Assembly (NCBI GenBank): GCA_963662715.1
Contig: OY759724.1
Coordinates: forward strand, 2,714,662-2,778,661
Length of the DNA stretch: 64,000 nt
Origin: Candidatus Omnitrophota bacterium
GTDB lineage: Bacteria > Omnitrophota > Gorgyraeia > Zapsychrales > JANLHA01
Reading direction: 5' to 3'
The position numbers and the translations under genes are program-made. A model generated the notes under the pieces. It was given only the letters and a program-made list of their open reading frames with translations, was not told the origin of the DNA and made no database searches. Shown piece after piece: positions 37,782 through 47,036 of this stretch. Numbering within the stretch: the stretch's first letter is position 1; each line of letters starts with the position of its first letter.

Positions 37782-39134
37782 ATGATGGATGCGATTAATC
37801 AACAGTATAACGAGCTGATAGCCACCCGTTCAGCCGAAAGCCAGGAAGCTTTTTTAAAATTGCTGGCGGATATGGAACGTCAGGACTGCAAGTTCGGCGA
37901 CAAACTTATCCCGACTTTTTTTAAGCCGATTTTTATTTCCCATGAACAGGCCGGGCGTATCGAGTCTATCCTTTTTCACATCATTAATGTTTTGGAAAAA
38001 ATTACCCGGCTTTATTTCTCAGAACCATCACTTCGGAAGTTTTTTCAGGTCGGAGACAGGGAAGCCTCCCTCGTTGAGATAGACCCCGGGTACTCGAAAT
38101 CCGTGCTGATTTCAAGGCCGGATTCTTTCTTCGTGGACGGCACCCTGCGTTTTGTCGAGTTTAATTGTGATTCGCCGGCCGGGGCGGGGTATACGGATAC
38201 TGAAGAGAATATCCTGCGGGCGCTTTTCCCTTTTGATCTTCTGCGGGAGCGCTATGAATTTGCCGTGACGAAAAGGCTGGAGGGGCTTACCCGGACCCTG
38301 CTGAGATCATATGAAGAATTTGCCGGTTCGGGGAAAAATCCGCAGGTGGCCATTGTTGACTGGCATGATGTCCGGACCGTGAACGAATTCCGTATTATCC
38401 AGCGGTTCCTGAAAAACAAGGGGATAGAGGCCATCGTGGCTGACCCCCGGGAGCTGAAATTCACAAACGGCCGATTGTCCCATAAAGGATTTCATATAGA
38501 TTTGATTTACCGCCGGGTGATCTTCCGCGAACTTATGGAAAAATATGATGATGTTCAGGACATGCTCACGGCTTACCGTGAAGGAAAAGTTTGTGTTGTC
38601 AATCCCCTCAGGTCAAGACTGGCTTCCAATAAAGCCATTTTGGCGATTATGACAAACATGAAGGAATACCGGCAGTTTTTCAGCAAAGAGGAAGTGGCCG
38701 TTATTCAGAAACATGTCCCCTGGACCAGAAGGGTTCTCGATATTCAAACCCATTATGAAGATAATACCGTGTTTTTGAAAAGGCATATTAAGACGCACCG
38801 CGACCATCTTGTCCTTAAGCCAGCGGACAGTTACGGAGGCAAGAATGTCGTGATTGGCTGTGAATGTGAACAGCAGGAATGGGATAACCTGGTCGAGCGC
38901 ATTCTTGTCAACCGGGAAGACTGGGTTGTTCAGAGATACGTCACGATCAATCAGCTGGACGTCCCGGTTATGGCAGGAGAAAAGTTGACGTTCGCCGAAA
39001 AGAAATTTAATATTAATCCGTTTGTTTTTGACGGCTTGTACTGCGGAAGTGTCGCCCGTCTTTCCGATCAGAGCGTCATCAACGTCAGTGCCGGCGGGGG
39101 CCTGGTTCCGGTTGTCGAATATAAAGAGGTCTGA
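37782..39134 (+). CDS. Glutathionylspermidine-synthase-like circularly permuted ATP-grasp protein (YgiC/YjfC family)
   Basis: Segments FVEFNCDSPAGAGYTDTEE, SNKAILAIMTNM and LKPADSYGGKNVVIG parallel E. coli YgiC (LENNADTPT, SNKALLPLLWEM, VVKPIFSREGANV). Confidence 0.5.
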   Translation: MMDAINQQYNELIATRSAESQEAFLKLLADMERQDCKFGDKLIPTFFKPIFISHEQAGRIESILFHIINVLEKITRLYFSEPSLRKFFQVGDREASLVEIDPGYSKSVLISRPDSFFVDGTLRFVEFNCDSPAGAGYTDTEENILRALFPFDLLRERYEFAVTKRLEGLTRTLLRSYEEFAGSGKNPQVAIVDWHDVRTVNEFRIIQRFLKNKGIEAIVADPRELKFTNGRLSHKGFHIDLIYRRVIFRELMEKYDDVQDMLTAYREGKVCVVNPLRSRLASNKAILAIMTNMKEYRQFFSKEEVAVIQKHVPWTRRVLDIQTHYEDNTVFLKRHIKTHRDHLVLKPADSYGGKNVVIGCECEQQEWDNLVERILVNREDWVVQRYVTINQLDVPVMAGEKLTFAEKKFNINPFVFDGLYCGSVARLSDQSVINVSAGGGLVPVVEYKEV

Positions 39135-39154
39135 TCAATATAACGAGGAGCAAA

Positions 39155-39907
39155 ATGGGGAAAAACATTATTTTTGACGTGCATAATCATCTGGGGGTCA
39201 GCCCTGATGGGGGGGAAAGCTCCCTGGAGAGCATTTTGGAGAACATAAAAAAATACCGGATCGGGCGGCTTGTCCTGTTCGCGATCGATGAGGAGGACTC
39301 CGGCCAGACATTTGAAAAAGTCAATGACCGGGTGATTCAGGCCCAGAAGAAATACCCGGATAAGATTATCGGTTTTGTCCGCATCGTCCCGTCAGCAGGA
39401 GAGGCTGCCCTGCTGGAGCTGAACCGGTGTCTGGAAGCAGGCGTGCGGGGCATTAAAATGAAAGCCCTGGACGGCTATCCTGTCACGGAAACCTTCTCGG
39501 TGCTCGACTGCATCAAAGGCATTCCCGATTTCATCGTGATTGTCCATACCGACCACCGCCCCGGCTCAACCCCGTTTGACTGGCAGCCGGTGATTGAAAA
39601 ATATCCCGATATCTATTTTGTGCTGGCTCATGGCGGAAAGGACCGTTACCGGGATTGCGCGGATGTTGTGAACCGTTATCCTAACACGTATGTTGAAACC
39701 TCCACGCTGTCCTATAACCGGACAAAATACATTTATCGCCATGTTGATGTGGACCGCATCCTGTTTGCTTCCGATTACCCCTATTCTCATCCGGCCATTG
39801 AAATGGCTAAATATGAAGTTCTTGTGCAGAAAGAAGAGGACTTGCAGAAGATTTTTTTCCTTAACGCCTGCCGTTTGTTTGACCTGGAGCCCCGGTCTTT
39901 GTTATGA
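39155..39907 (+). CDS. Amidohydrolase-2 family metal-dependent TIM-barrel hydrolase
   Basis: N-terminal IIFDVHNHLG; conserved His/Asp positions (VHTDH, AHGG, ASDYPY); ~250 aa. Confidence 0.6.
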   Translation: MGKNIIFDVHNHLGVSPDGGESSLESILENIKKYRIGRLVLFAIDEEDSGQTFEKVNDRVIQAQKKYPDKIIGFVRIVPSAGEAALLELNRCLEAGVRGIKMKALDGYPVTETFSVLDCIKGIPDFIVIVHTDHRPGSTPFDWQPVIEKYPDIYFVLAHGGKDRYRDCADVVNRYPNTYVETSTLSYNRTKYIYRHVDVDRILFASDYPYSHPAIEMAKYEVLVQKEEDLQKIFFLNACRLFDLEPRSLL

Positions 39908-41868
39908 AAATATTCCGACATGTCAAGACTATCCGGTTTGCGTTCATCATCCTGTTTATCCTTTTTATGCCGCTTCCGTCAGGGGCCGGCATTGTGGAGC
40001 ATTTAAGACATAAAAAGGCCCCGAATTTCCGGGAGCAGCTGGATTGGCTTAACACGGAAAGCCGTTTAACGTTAAACGATTTGCAGGGGAGATTTGCCCT
40101 GCTGAATTTCTGGGCATATTCCAGCGTTAATTGTCTTAATGTCCTCCCGGATTTAAAAAAACTGCAGAAAAAATACCCGGGAGAACTTGTCGTTATCGGC
40201 ATTCATTCCGCAAAATATCCCGCTGAGCGGGACACGGTGAATATCCGGGCAGCCGTGATGCGGTATGACCTGCCATATCCGGTCGTTAATGATTATCAGC
40301 TTCGCATCTGGCGCGATTACAATATTCATGCCTGGCCGACGACCGTTCTGATCGACCCGGATGGCGTTATCATCCATCGGCAATCCGGAGAGAATATTTT
40401 TGACAGTGTTGACGCGGTTTTAAGATCCCATCTGCACCATAAACACAAGAACCTTAAAAAGGGGCCTTTGCCGCTCTTGCTGGAGAAGTATAAATCTCCG
40501 AGGACGATGCTTAAGTTCCCGGGAAAAGTCCTGGCCGCGGAGGATGGCCGGCTCTTTATATCTGATTCCGGACATGACAGGGTCGTCCTTGCCGACCGGC
40601 AGGGACATGTCCTGGAGATTATAGGGAGCGGGTCTCCGGGATTTCAGGACGGCCCTTTTGAGACGGCCCGCTTCTCCGATCCGCAGGGGCTGGCTTTAAA
40701 AGGAGATGACCTGTATATCGCTGACCGGGCTAATCACGCTGTCCGGTGCGCGAATTTAACGTCGAGACGCGTCTCGACGTTTGCCGGGACCGGGCAGAAG
40801 GGAACGGTCCGCCTCCCCCAGGGCCCGGCCGCAGAGGCGGACCTCAATGCCCCCTGGGATTTAACCGTTCATAAGGACAAACTTTACGTGGCCATGAGCG
40901 GGGCTCATCAAATATGGGTGATTGATCTTGTCTCCCGGGATCTCAAGGTCTTTGCCGGTTCCGGAGTGGAAAACCTTATTAACGGCTCTCTCCTTAAAAG
41001 TTCTTTTGCCCAGCCATCCGGGATTGCCGTTTCGGAAGATACGCTTTATATCGCGGATAGCGGAGCAAATGCTGTTCGGAAAATTCCGTTAAGATTCGCG
41101 GCGCCTGTTGAAACTGTTCTGGGGCAGGGGCCGTTTCGCTTCGGGGATAAGAACGGGAGCGGAGATGTTGCTCTTTTACAGTATCCGCTGGATATCGCTC
41201 CGGTTCCCGGCGCTTTGGCTGTAGCCGATAGTTATAATAATAAAATTAAAGTCATTGATTTGAATTCCGGCAGTATAGAAACTCTGACCGGGGCCAGGCC
41301 GGGAGGGTACCGGGACGGCCTGTTTCAAAATGCGCAATTTGACGGACCTGCCGGGTTGAGTTATGCCGATCACAAACTGTTCATTGCGGACATGAACAAT
41401 CATTGTGTGCGTGCTTTGGACCTCAAGACAAAAATGGTCGGGACATTGATTTTAAGAGGGCCGAATCAGGAGTTGTTCGGCCGCACAAAATTAAAGGATT
41501 TTAAAGGCCCTCAATATAAAGTCCGTAAGCCCTGTTCAAACAATATCGGACAACTGGTTTTTAAGATCAGGCTGCCGAGAGGATATAAAATTCTTTATTC
41601 CGGGAAACCTTTTTTCAAGCTTTTTACCCAGGACGGATCTTACCAGAATATTTATGGAATTTATGATGAAGAGTCAATATTTGATGTTTACGAAAAATTT
41701 CATACGGATAAACTTTATGCCGAAGTCCGCCTGACCTACTGCCGGGAGGATGGGCAGGGGCAGTGCCTGGTTAATAGTTTTTTGTACATTATCACTTTGA
41801 AAGGCGACAGCCATATGGAAGATGTTTCTTTAACCTATAAAGCTCAAGCAGATAGGAGCAAGCCTTAA
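39904..41868 (+). CDS. Thioredoxin-like (redoxin) domain fused to NHL-repeat beta-propeller (NHLRC2-like)
   Basis: LLNFWAYSSVNC redoxin segment (single Cys, not CxxC); repeated LYIAD..N..VR..DL NHL motifs x5-6; signal peptide. Confidence 0.75.
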   Translation: MKIFRHVKTIRFAFIILFILFMPLPSGAGIVEHLRHKKAPNFREQLDWLNTESRLTLNDLQGRFALLNFWAYSSVNCLNVLPDLKKLQKKYPGELVVIGIHSAKYPAERDTVNIRAAVMRYDLPYPVVNDYQLRIWRDYNIHAWPTTVLIDPDGVIIHRQSGENIFDSVDAVLRSHLHHKHKNLKKGPLPLLLEKYKSPRTMLKFPGKVLAAEDGRLFISDSGHDRVVLADRQGHVLEIIGSGSPGFQDGPFETARFSDPQGLALKGDDLYIADRANHAVRCANLTSRRVSTFAGTGQKGTVRLPQGPAAEADLNAPWDLTVHKDKLYVAMSGAHQIWVIDLVSRDLKVFAGSGVENLINGSLLKSSFAQPSGIAVSEDTLYIADSGANAVRKIPLRFAAPVETVLGQGPFRFGDKNGSGDVALLQYPLDIAPVPGALAVADSYNNKIKVIDLNSGSIETLTGARPGGYRDGLFQNAQFDGPAGLSYADHKLFIADMNNHCVRALDLKTKMVGTLILRGPNQELFGRTKLKDFKGPQYKVRKPCSNNIGQLVFKIRLPRGYKILYSGKPFFKLFTQDGSYQNIYGIYDEESIFDVYEKFHTDKLYAEVRLTYCREDGQGQCLVNSFLYIITLKGDSHMEDVSLTYKAQADRSKP

Positions 41869-42023
41869 ATATTTTCCGGCAGAAATCCTTATGTGCCGGC
41901 CGTTGCCTTAATCCGGTTTGTAGGTTAAAATATTTTATGGTGTGGGCATAAGGTACTTCTTGACTATTGCGGTTTTAACGTTTATCCTTATAGTAAACGC
42001 AATCCCGGCTTAATGAGGTAAAA

Positions 42024-42425
42024 ATGGTCAAACAATCGACTAACGAGAAAAGACACGCGATAAGAGCCAAACGGATATTAAGCATTCAATATCGTGTGGT
42101 CAAAACCAAAGTCAAGAACGCGGATAAACGCTGGCATCTTTCCACCACGCATGATATGAGTTTCTTAGGGCTGGCTTTTTTTTCGGATGTCCCTCTGCAT
42201 GTTGACGATGTCCTTGAACTTAATGTCGTGATGTCCGGTATCCTGGATATTTTCAAAGGTTACGGCAAGGTTGTCAGAGTCGAAAAGAAGGTCACCGGGG
42301 CTTTTTTTCTGGTGGCGATTAGATTCGTAGAACTTAAGAAGACAACACCGAAATCCCGCAAGAAAACTTCCCGCACGTCAAGTGTTCCCGCCAAGCGAGT
42401 TAAACGCAAATCCGTTAAATCATAA
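42024..42425 (+). CDS. PilZ-domain protein with lysine/arginine-rich C-terminal tail
   Basis: RHAIR (RxxxR) and HDMSFLG (DxSxxG) c-di-GMP-binding motifs; tail KKTTPKSRKKTSRTSSVPAKRVKRKSVKS. Confidence 0.55.
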   Translation: MVKQSTNEKRHAIRAKRILSIQYRVVKTKVKNADKRWHLSTTHDMSFLGLAFFSDVPLHVDDVLELNVVMSGILDIFKGYGKVVRVEKKVTGAFFLVAIRFVELKKTTPKSRKKTSRTSSVPAKRVKRKSVKS

Positions 42426-42561
42426 TTTTTATTCTACCGTCTGCTGCAATTTATCATTCTTTGCAGCACAAGGGATAATCCATAGTTCCCTACAGCCGCA
42501 GCAACAGGGGATTTTCTTTCCTCGGATTTGTGTCCATTCAGCTGGCAGGAGAGAGGTGAGT

Positions 42562-43956
42562 TTAATGGTTGGCTAACTCTTTGAACTCTGAGACCAGGCC
42601 TTGAATGGATGCTTTCGCATCCCCGAACAACATGCGGGTGTTCTCAAAGAAAAAGAGCCCGTTCTGTATCCCGGCAAAACCCGTGGCCATGGATCTTTTC
42701 AGGACAATAACGGTTTTGGCTTTATCGACATTGATAATCGGCATTCCGTAAATAGGGCTGTCTTCATCATCCCGGGCCGCGGGGTTGACCACATCATTGG
42801 CCCCGATGACAATGCAGACATCGACCGTATCCATAAGAGGATTAATGTCGTCCATTTCCACAAGCTGGTCATAGGACACGTTCGCTTCCGCAAGCAGGAC
42901 ATTCATGTGGCCCGGCATTCGGCCGGCGACAGGATGGATCGCGTAACGGATCTCAGCGCCGTTGTCTTCCAGCAGTTCTCCCAGTTCCCTCACCACATGT
43001 TGCGCCTGGGCCACGGCTAAGCCATAGCCGGGGACAAAGACAACAGAGCGGGCTGCTTCAAGGATGTAAAAAGCGTCTTCAACGTTGACCGGTTTCACTT
43101 CGCCTTGGATTTCTTTGCCGGACTTATGCCGTCCGGATCCGAAGCCGCTGAAAAGGACATTGCCCAGTGAACGGTTCATCGCTTTGCACATAATCCGGGT
43201 CAGGATCAGGCCGCTGGCCCCCACAAGAGACCCGGCGACAATTAAAATATTGTTCCGGATCACAAAACCTGCCGCGCAGGCCGCTAGTCCCGAATAGCTG
43301 TTTAATAAAGAAATAACGACCGGCATATCAGCGCCGCCTATCGGGATAACCACTAAAACGCCTAATATCAAAGAGAGGAGAATGATTAGAAGGAAAATCC
43401 CGTAGGATTGGGAGGCGTTAAGGCAGAAGAGAACACCGCTTAAGACAATCACCCCGAGAATGATGATATTAACAAACTGCTGCCCTTGGTAGAGCACGGG
43501 TTTGCTGACAATTTTTTCACTTAATTTGCCCCAGGCAATAACACTGCCCGTAAAAGTGACGCCTCCGATCAGCACAGAGAGGAATATGGTGGTGACCGTG
43601 AGCAACGGGGCCTCCGGCTGAGAGTGATAGACCGCCCAGCCCACCAAAAGGCTCGCTAACCCGCCGGACCCGTTAAGGAGCGCAACCATCTCCGGCATGG
43701 CTGTCATAGCAACCATACGGGCCGCCAGAACACCCAGAACCGTTCCGGCGATGCCTCCGATAAATATCCATTGAAAACTCAATCCCTGACTCAAGAGAGT
43801 CGCGGCAACGGCCAGGAGCATGCCGCCGGCGGAGATCAGGTTGCCTTTCCGGGCGCTGGCCGGGGAGCTTAAAAGCTTCAGGCCGAAAATAAAAAGCACG
43901 GCCGAAACGATGTAGGCGAAATTGATCAGAAGGTCTGTGTTCACGGGCTTCTCCAA
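42562..43956 (-). CDS. pntB: NAD(P) transhydrogenase subunit beta
   Basis: Polytopic N-terminal domain; C-terminal NADP(H)-binding domain VFVPGYGLAVAQAQH...IHPVAGRMPGHMNVLLAEA. Confidence 0.9.
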   Translation of the reverse strand: MEKPVNTDLLINFAYIVSAVLFIFGLKLLSSPASARKGNLISAGGMLLAVAATLLSQGLSFQWIFIGGIAGTVLGVLAARMVAMTAMPEMVALLNGSGGLASLLVGWAVYHSQPEAPLLTVTTIFLSVLIGGVTFTGSVIAWGKLSEKIVSKPVLYQGQQFVNIIILGVIVLSGVLFCLNASQSYGIFLLIILLSLILGVLVVIPIGGADMPVVISLLNSYSGLAACAAGFVIRNNILIVAGSLVGASGLILTRIMCKAMNRSLGNVLFSGFGSGRHKSGKEIQGEVKPVNVEDAFYILEAARSVVFVPGYGLAVAQAQHVVRELGELLEDNGAEIRYAIHPVAGRMPGHMNVLLAEANVSYDQLVEMDDINPLMDTVDVCIVIGANDVVNPAARDDEDSPIYGMPIINVDKAKTVIVLKRSMATGFAGIQNGLFFFENTRMLFGDAKASIQGLVSEFKELANH

Positions 43957-43972
43957 AGCAAAGTTGAAAAAG

Positions 43973-44269
43973 TTAATGCGGCTTGGTTTCCTTTTTTTTG
44001 AACATGGCCAGCATCCGGTCGGTCACCAGATAGCCTCCGACGACGTTAATCGTCGCAAAAGCGACGGCCAGCGTCCCCAGGACCGTGTTCATCACGGAAT
44101 GTTCTGTCCCGGCAGAAATCAGCGCGCCGACCAGCGTAATGCCGGAAATGGCATTGGCCCCTGACATGAGAGGCGTATGTAATGTGGCCGGGACTTTGGA
44201 TATCAGTTCAAATCCGAGAAAAATGGACAGCATTAAAACAAAAAATAGATATATAATATTGGCATCCAT
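43973..44269 (-). CDS. pntAB: NAD(P) transhydrogenase subunit alpha part 2 (membrane)
   Basis: ~98-aa, 3 TM helices; typical split-alpha arrangement between pntAA and pntB. Confidence 0.85.
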   Translation of the reverse strand: MDANIIYLFFVLMLSIFLGFELISKVPATLHTPLMSGANAISGITLVGALISAGTEHSVMNTVLGTLAVAFATINVVGGYLVTDRMLAMFKKKETKPH

Positions 44270-44281
44270 AACCGTGTCCTT

Positions 44282-45418
44282 TTAGGTTGTCAGGGCCTTA
44301 ATGCGTTCCTGGACGATTTGTCCCTGGTGTGTGACGACCGCGGATTGACAGATATCGTCCGATAAATCAAGACGGAACGTTTTCTCCTGTTCATCCCAGA
44401 ATGTTTCAATGAAGTTGGTTAAATTCTGGGCATACATCTGGCTTGCGTGGACACTCACCCGCCCGGGCAGGTTTCTTAAGCCGATAATCCGAACCTGATT
44501 CAGTTCAATCTCTTCTCCGATACATGACCCTTCGACGTTTCCTCCGGACTCAACGGCTAAATCGACAATAACGCTGCCCGGTTTCATATCCTGAATCATA
44601 TCTTTCGTGATAATCAAAGGGGCCTTTTTGCCGAAAATCTGCGCGGTTGTAATGACAATATCGGACTGGGCGCATATTTTTGCCATAGCGGCTCTCTGCT
44701 GAGCCAACTGTTCATCCGTCAGCTTTTTGGCGTAACCGTCTTTGGTCTGTCCGGTTTCTCCGAGGTCGATCTTGATGAATTTGGCCCCCAGAGACGCGAC
44801 TTGTTCTTCAACAACCGGCCGGGTATCAAAAGCATCAACCCTGGCCCCGAGCCGTTTGGCTGTTGCGATGGCCTGCAATCCGGCAACCCCGGCCCCGATA
44901 ACAAAGACCCGGCAGGGCGCTATGGTGCCGGCAGGCGTCATCATCATGGGCAGGATCTTATTCAGGCGTTCCGCCGCCGTGATAACGGCGACATAGCCGG
45001 CTAAATTTGCCTGTGAACTGAGCGCGTCCATTTTCTGCGCGATTGTGGAACGGGGGATCATTTCCATGCTGACAGCTGTGATGTTATGCTCTCTGAATAA
45101 TTTGATGAGATCCAGGCGCTGGAAAGGGTCCAGAAAACTGATATGAACGGCATCGCGTTTCATGACAGGAATTTCTTCCGGGGGCGGGGGCAGGACTCTG
45201 AGAATAACATCCGAGGACGTCAGAATATCCTGACGGTCCATGATGTCCGCCCCGGCGTTTTTGTAATCCTCATCTGTGGCCTGAATGGATTTCCCGGCCC
45301 GGGATTCGATATTGACCGTATGGCCTTTTTGGACGAGGCGCTGGGCTGTGGCCGGAGTTATCGCGACCCGGGTTTCAAAACTTTCTGTTTCCCGCGGCAT
45401 ACCGATCCGCATTTTCAC
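44282..45418 (-). CDS. pntAA: NAD(P) transhydrogenase subunit alpha part 1 (NAD(H)-binding, AlaDH-like)
   Basis: MKIGIPRE-like N-terminus MRIGMPRETESFETRVAITP; Rossmann VFVIGAGVAGLQAIATAKRLGA. Confidence 0.9.
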   Translation of the reverse strand: MKMRIGMPRETESFETRVAITPATAQRLVQKGHTVNIESRAGKSIQATDEDYKNAGADIMDRQDILTSSDVILRVLPPPPEEIPVMKRDAVHISFLDPFQRLDLIKLFREHNITAVSMEMIPRSTIAQKMDALSSQANLAGYVAVITAAERLNKILPMMMTPAGTIAPCRVFVIGAGVAGLQAIATAKRLGARVDAFDTRPVVEEQVASLGAKFIKIDLGETGQTKDGYAKKLTDEQLAQQRAAMAKICAQSDIVITTAQIFGKKAPLIITKDMIQDMKPGSVIVDLAVESGGNVEGSCIGEEIELNQVRIIGLRNLPGRVSVHASQMYAQNLTNFIETFWDEQEKTFRLDLSDDICQSAVVTHQGQIVQERIKALTT

Positions 45419-45650
45419 TCCTTTGGATGTTTTTAGCAGACGGGAGCGTTATTGGTCCCTAACAATGTTCATAATATTCATATCAGAAGTTCATCTAAAG
45501 TCAAGAAGAAACTGGGTCAAAAGTAAATTAAATTTTTATATTGCAAAAGAAGGTGCGGGAACCCATACCTCATCTTGGAGGAAAGCCCGTTGTCCAGCCG
45601 GAACCGGACTATTCCGGGGCCAAAATTCTCCTCAATATTTCATTTGTGGC

Positions 45651-45679
45651 TTGACAATTATTCTTTACAAAGATATATT
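45651..45679 (+). promoter_or_regulatory. Sigma70-like promoter for the rseC-rnf operon
   Basis: TTGACA - 17 bp - TATATT, ~37 nt upstream of the ATG at 45716. Confidence 0.4.
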
Positions 45680-45715
45680 AAAGCCATTAACTAACCGCAG
45701 GAAAGTAAAAGTGAA

Positions 45716-46150
45716 ATGGCGGAATCCAGGCAGGTTGTTGAACACGAAGGCATTGTTAAAGATATTACCGGCCGGGATGTTTATGTCGAATTATTAAAGA
45801 CTTCCGCCTGCGGGAGTTGTGAAGCTAAAGACCGTTGCGGCCTCGCAGAAAGCCAGTATAAGGTGTTGGTTTTTCAAGATGCGGGAACCGGCTATTTTAT
45901 AGGCCAAAAGGTCATGGTCGTATTAGAAGAATCTCAAGGGATCAGAGCCCTTGTCCTGGCCTATTTGCTTCCGCTTTTAATCGTTGTTTTCTCAATCCTG
46001 TTTTATTCCATTTTCGTTAAACAAGAGTATCTGGTAGGTTTATGCGCGTTATTCATGTTAATCCCGTATTATCTCCTGCTGTATCTTTTTCGCCATAAAC
46101 TTAAACAGTCTTTTCGGATGAAGCTGTATCCGGACAGCACGCATTTATAA
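45716..46150 (+). CDS. RseC/MucC-family small membrane protein (SoxR-reducing-system component type), Rnf-associated
   Basis: N-terminal Cys pair SACGSCEAKDRC followed by two TM helices; position immediately upstream of rnfB. Confidence 0.55.
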   Translation: MAESRQVVEHEGIVKDITGRDVYVELLKTSACGSCEAKDRCGLAESQYKVLVFQDAGTGYFIGQKVMVVLEESQGIRALVLAYLLPLLIVVFSILFYSIFVKQEYLVGLCALFMLIPYYLLLYLFRHKLKQSFRMKLYPDSTHL

Positions 46151-46157
46151 TTACGGT

Positions 46158-47021
46158 ATGTTGATTATTTATACAATCTTGACATTAAGTATCCTGGGCG
46201 TCTCGGCTGCGGTCATCCTTTTCCTGGTCGCGCAGAAGTTCAAAGTCCACGAAGATCCCCGGATTGACCAGGTCGAAGAAGCTTTGCCTGCCGCCAATTG
46301 CGGCGGCTGCGGTTATCCCGGATGCCGTAATTTTGCCGAAGCCTGCGTCGCGGCCGATGATTTGACCGACCTTTTTTGCCCGGTCGGCGGGCAGGAATGT
46401 ATGCACGCGGTCGCCAAGTTATTGGGAAAAGAACTTTCCGTTAACGATCCGATGATCGCCGTGGTCCGTTGCTCCGGGACCTTCGAGCACCGGCCCAAAA
46501 CGAGTGTTTATGACAGTGCCCCGACCTGTGCCATCGCCGCCGCCGTTTACGGCGGGGACACCGGATGCTCTTACGGCTGCCTGAGCCTGGGAGATTGCGT
46601 CAGGGCCTGTAAGTTTGATGCCATATATATAGATGAAAAGACCGGGCTGCCGGTTGTTATCGAGGATAAATGCACGTCCTGTGGGGCCTGTGTGAAAGCC
46701 TGTCCGAGGAACATTATTGAACTGAGGAAAAGAGGCCCGAAGAACAGGCGTATTTATGTGTCCTGCGTCAGCCAGGACAAGGGGCCTGCGGCACGGAAGG
46801 TGTGCAAGGCCGCCTGCATCGGCTGCGGTCTTTGCGTCAAAGCCTGCCCCTTTGAAGCCATCACGTTAGAAAACTCCCTTGCCTATATTGATTTTAATAA
46901 ATGTAAGCTGTGCCGTAAATGCGCTCCGGTGTGCCCGACTCATGCTATTATGGAAATCAATCTGCCGGAACGAAAACCCAAAGAGAAACCCGTTGAGAGT
47001 CCGCAGAAGACAACGACATAA
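46158..47021 (+). CDS. rnfB: Rnf electron-transport complex subunit B (polyferredoxin)
   Basis: N-terminal TM anchor; CGGCGYPGC motif; multiple CxxCxxCxxxCP clusters. Confidence 0.85.
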   Translation: MLIIYTILTLSILGVSAAVILFLVAQKFKVHEDPRIDQVEEALPAANCGGCGYPGCRNFAEACVAADDLTDLFCPVGGQECMHAVAKLLGKELSVNDPMIAVVRCSGTFEHRPKTSVYDSAPTCAIAAAVYGGDTGCSYGCLSLGDCVRACKFDAIYIDEKTGLPVVIEDKCTSCGACVKACPRNIIELRKRGPKNRRIYVSCVSQDKGPAARKVCKAACIGCGLCVKACPFEAITLENSLAYIDFNKCKLCRKCAPVCPTHAIMEINLPERKPKEKPVESPQKTTT

Positions 47022-47036
47022 AGTTTTTAAAATGAC

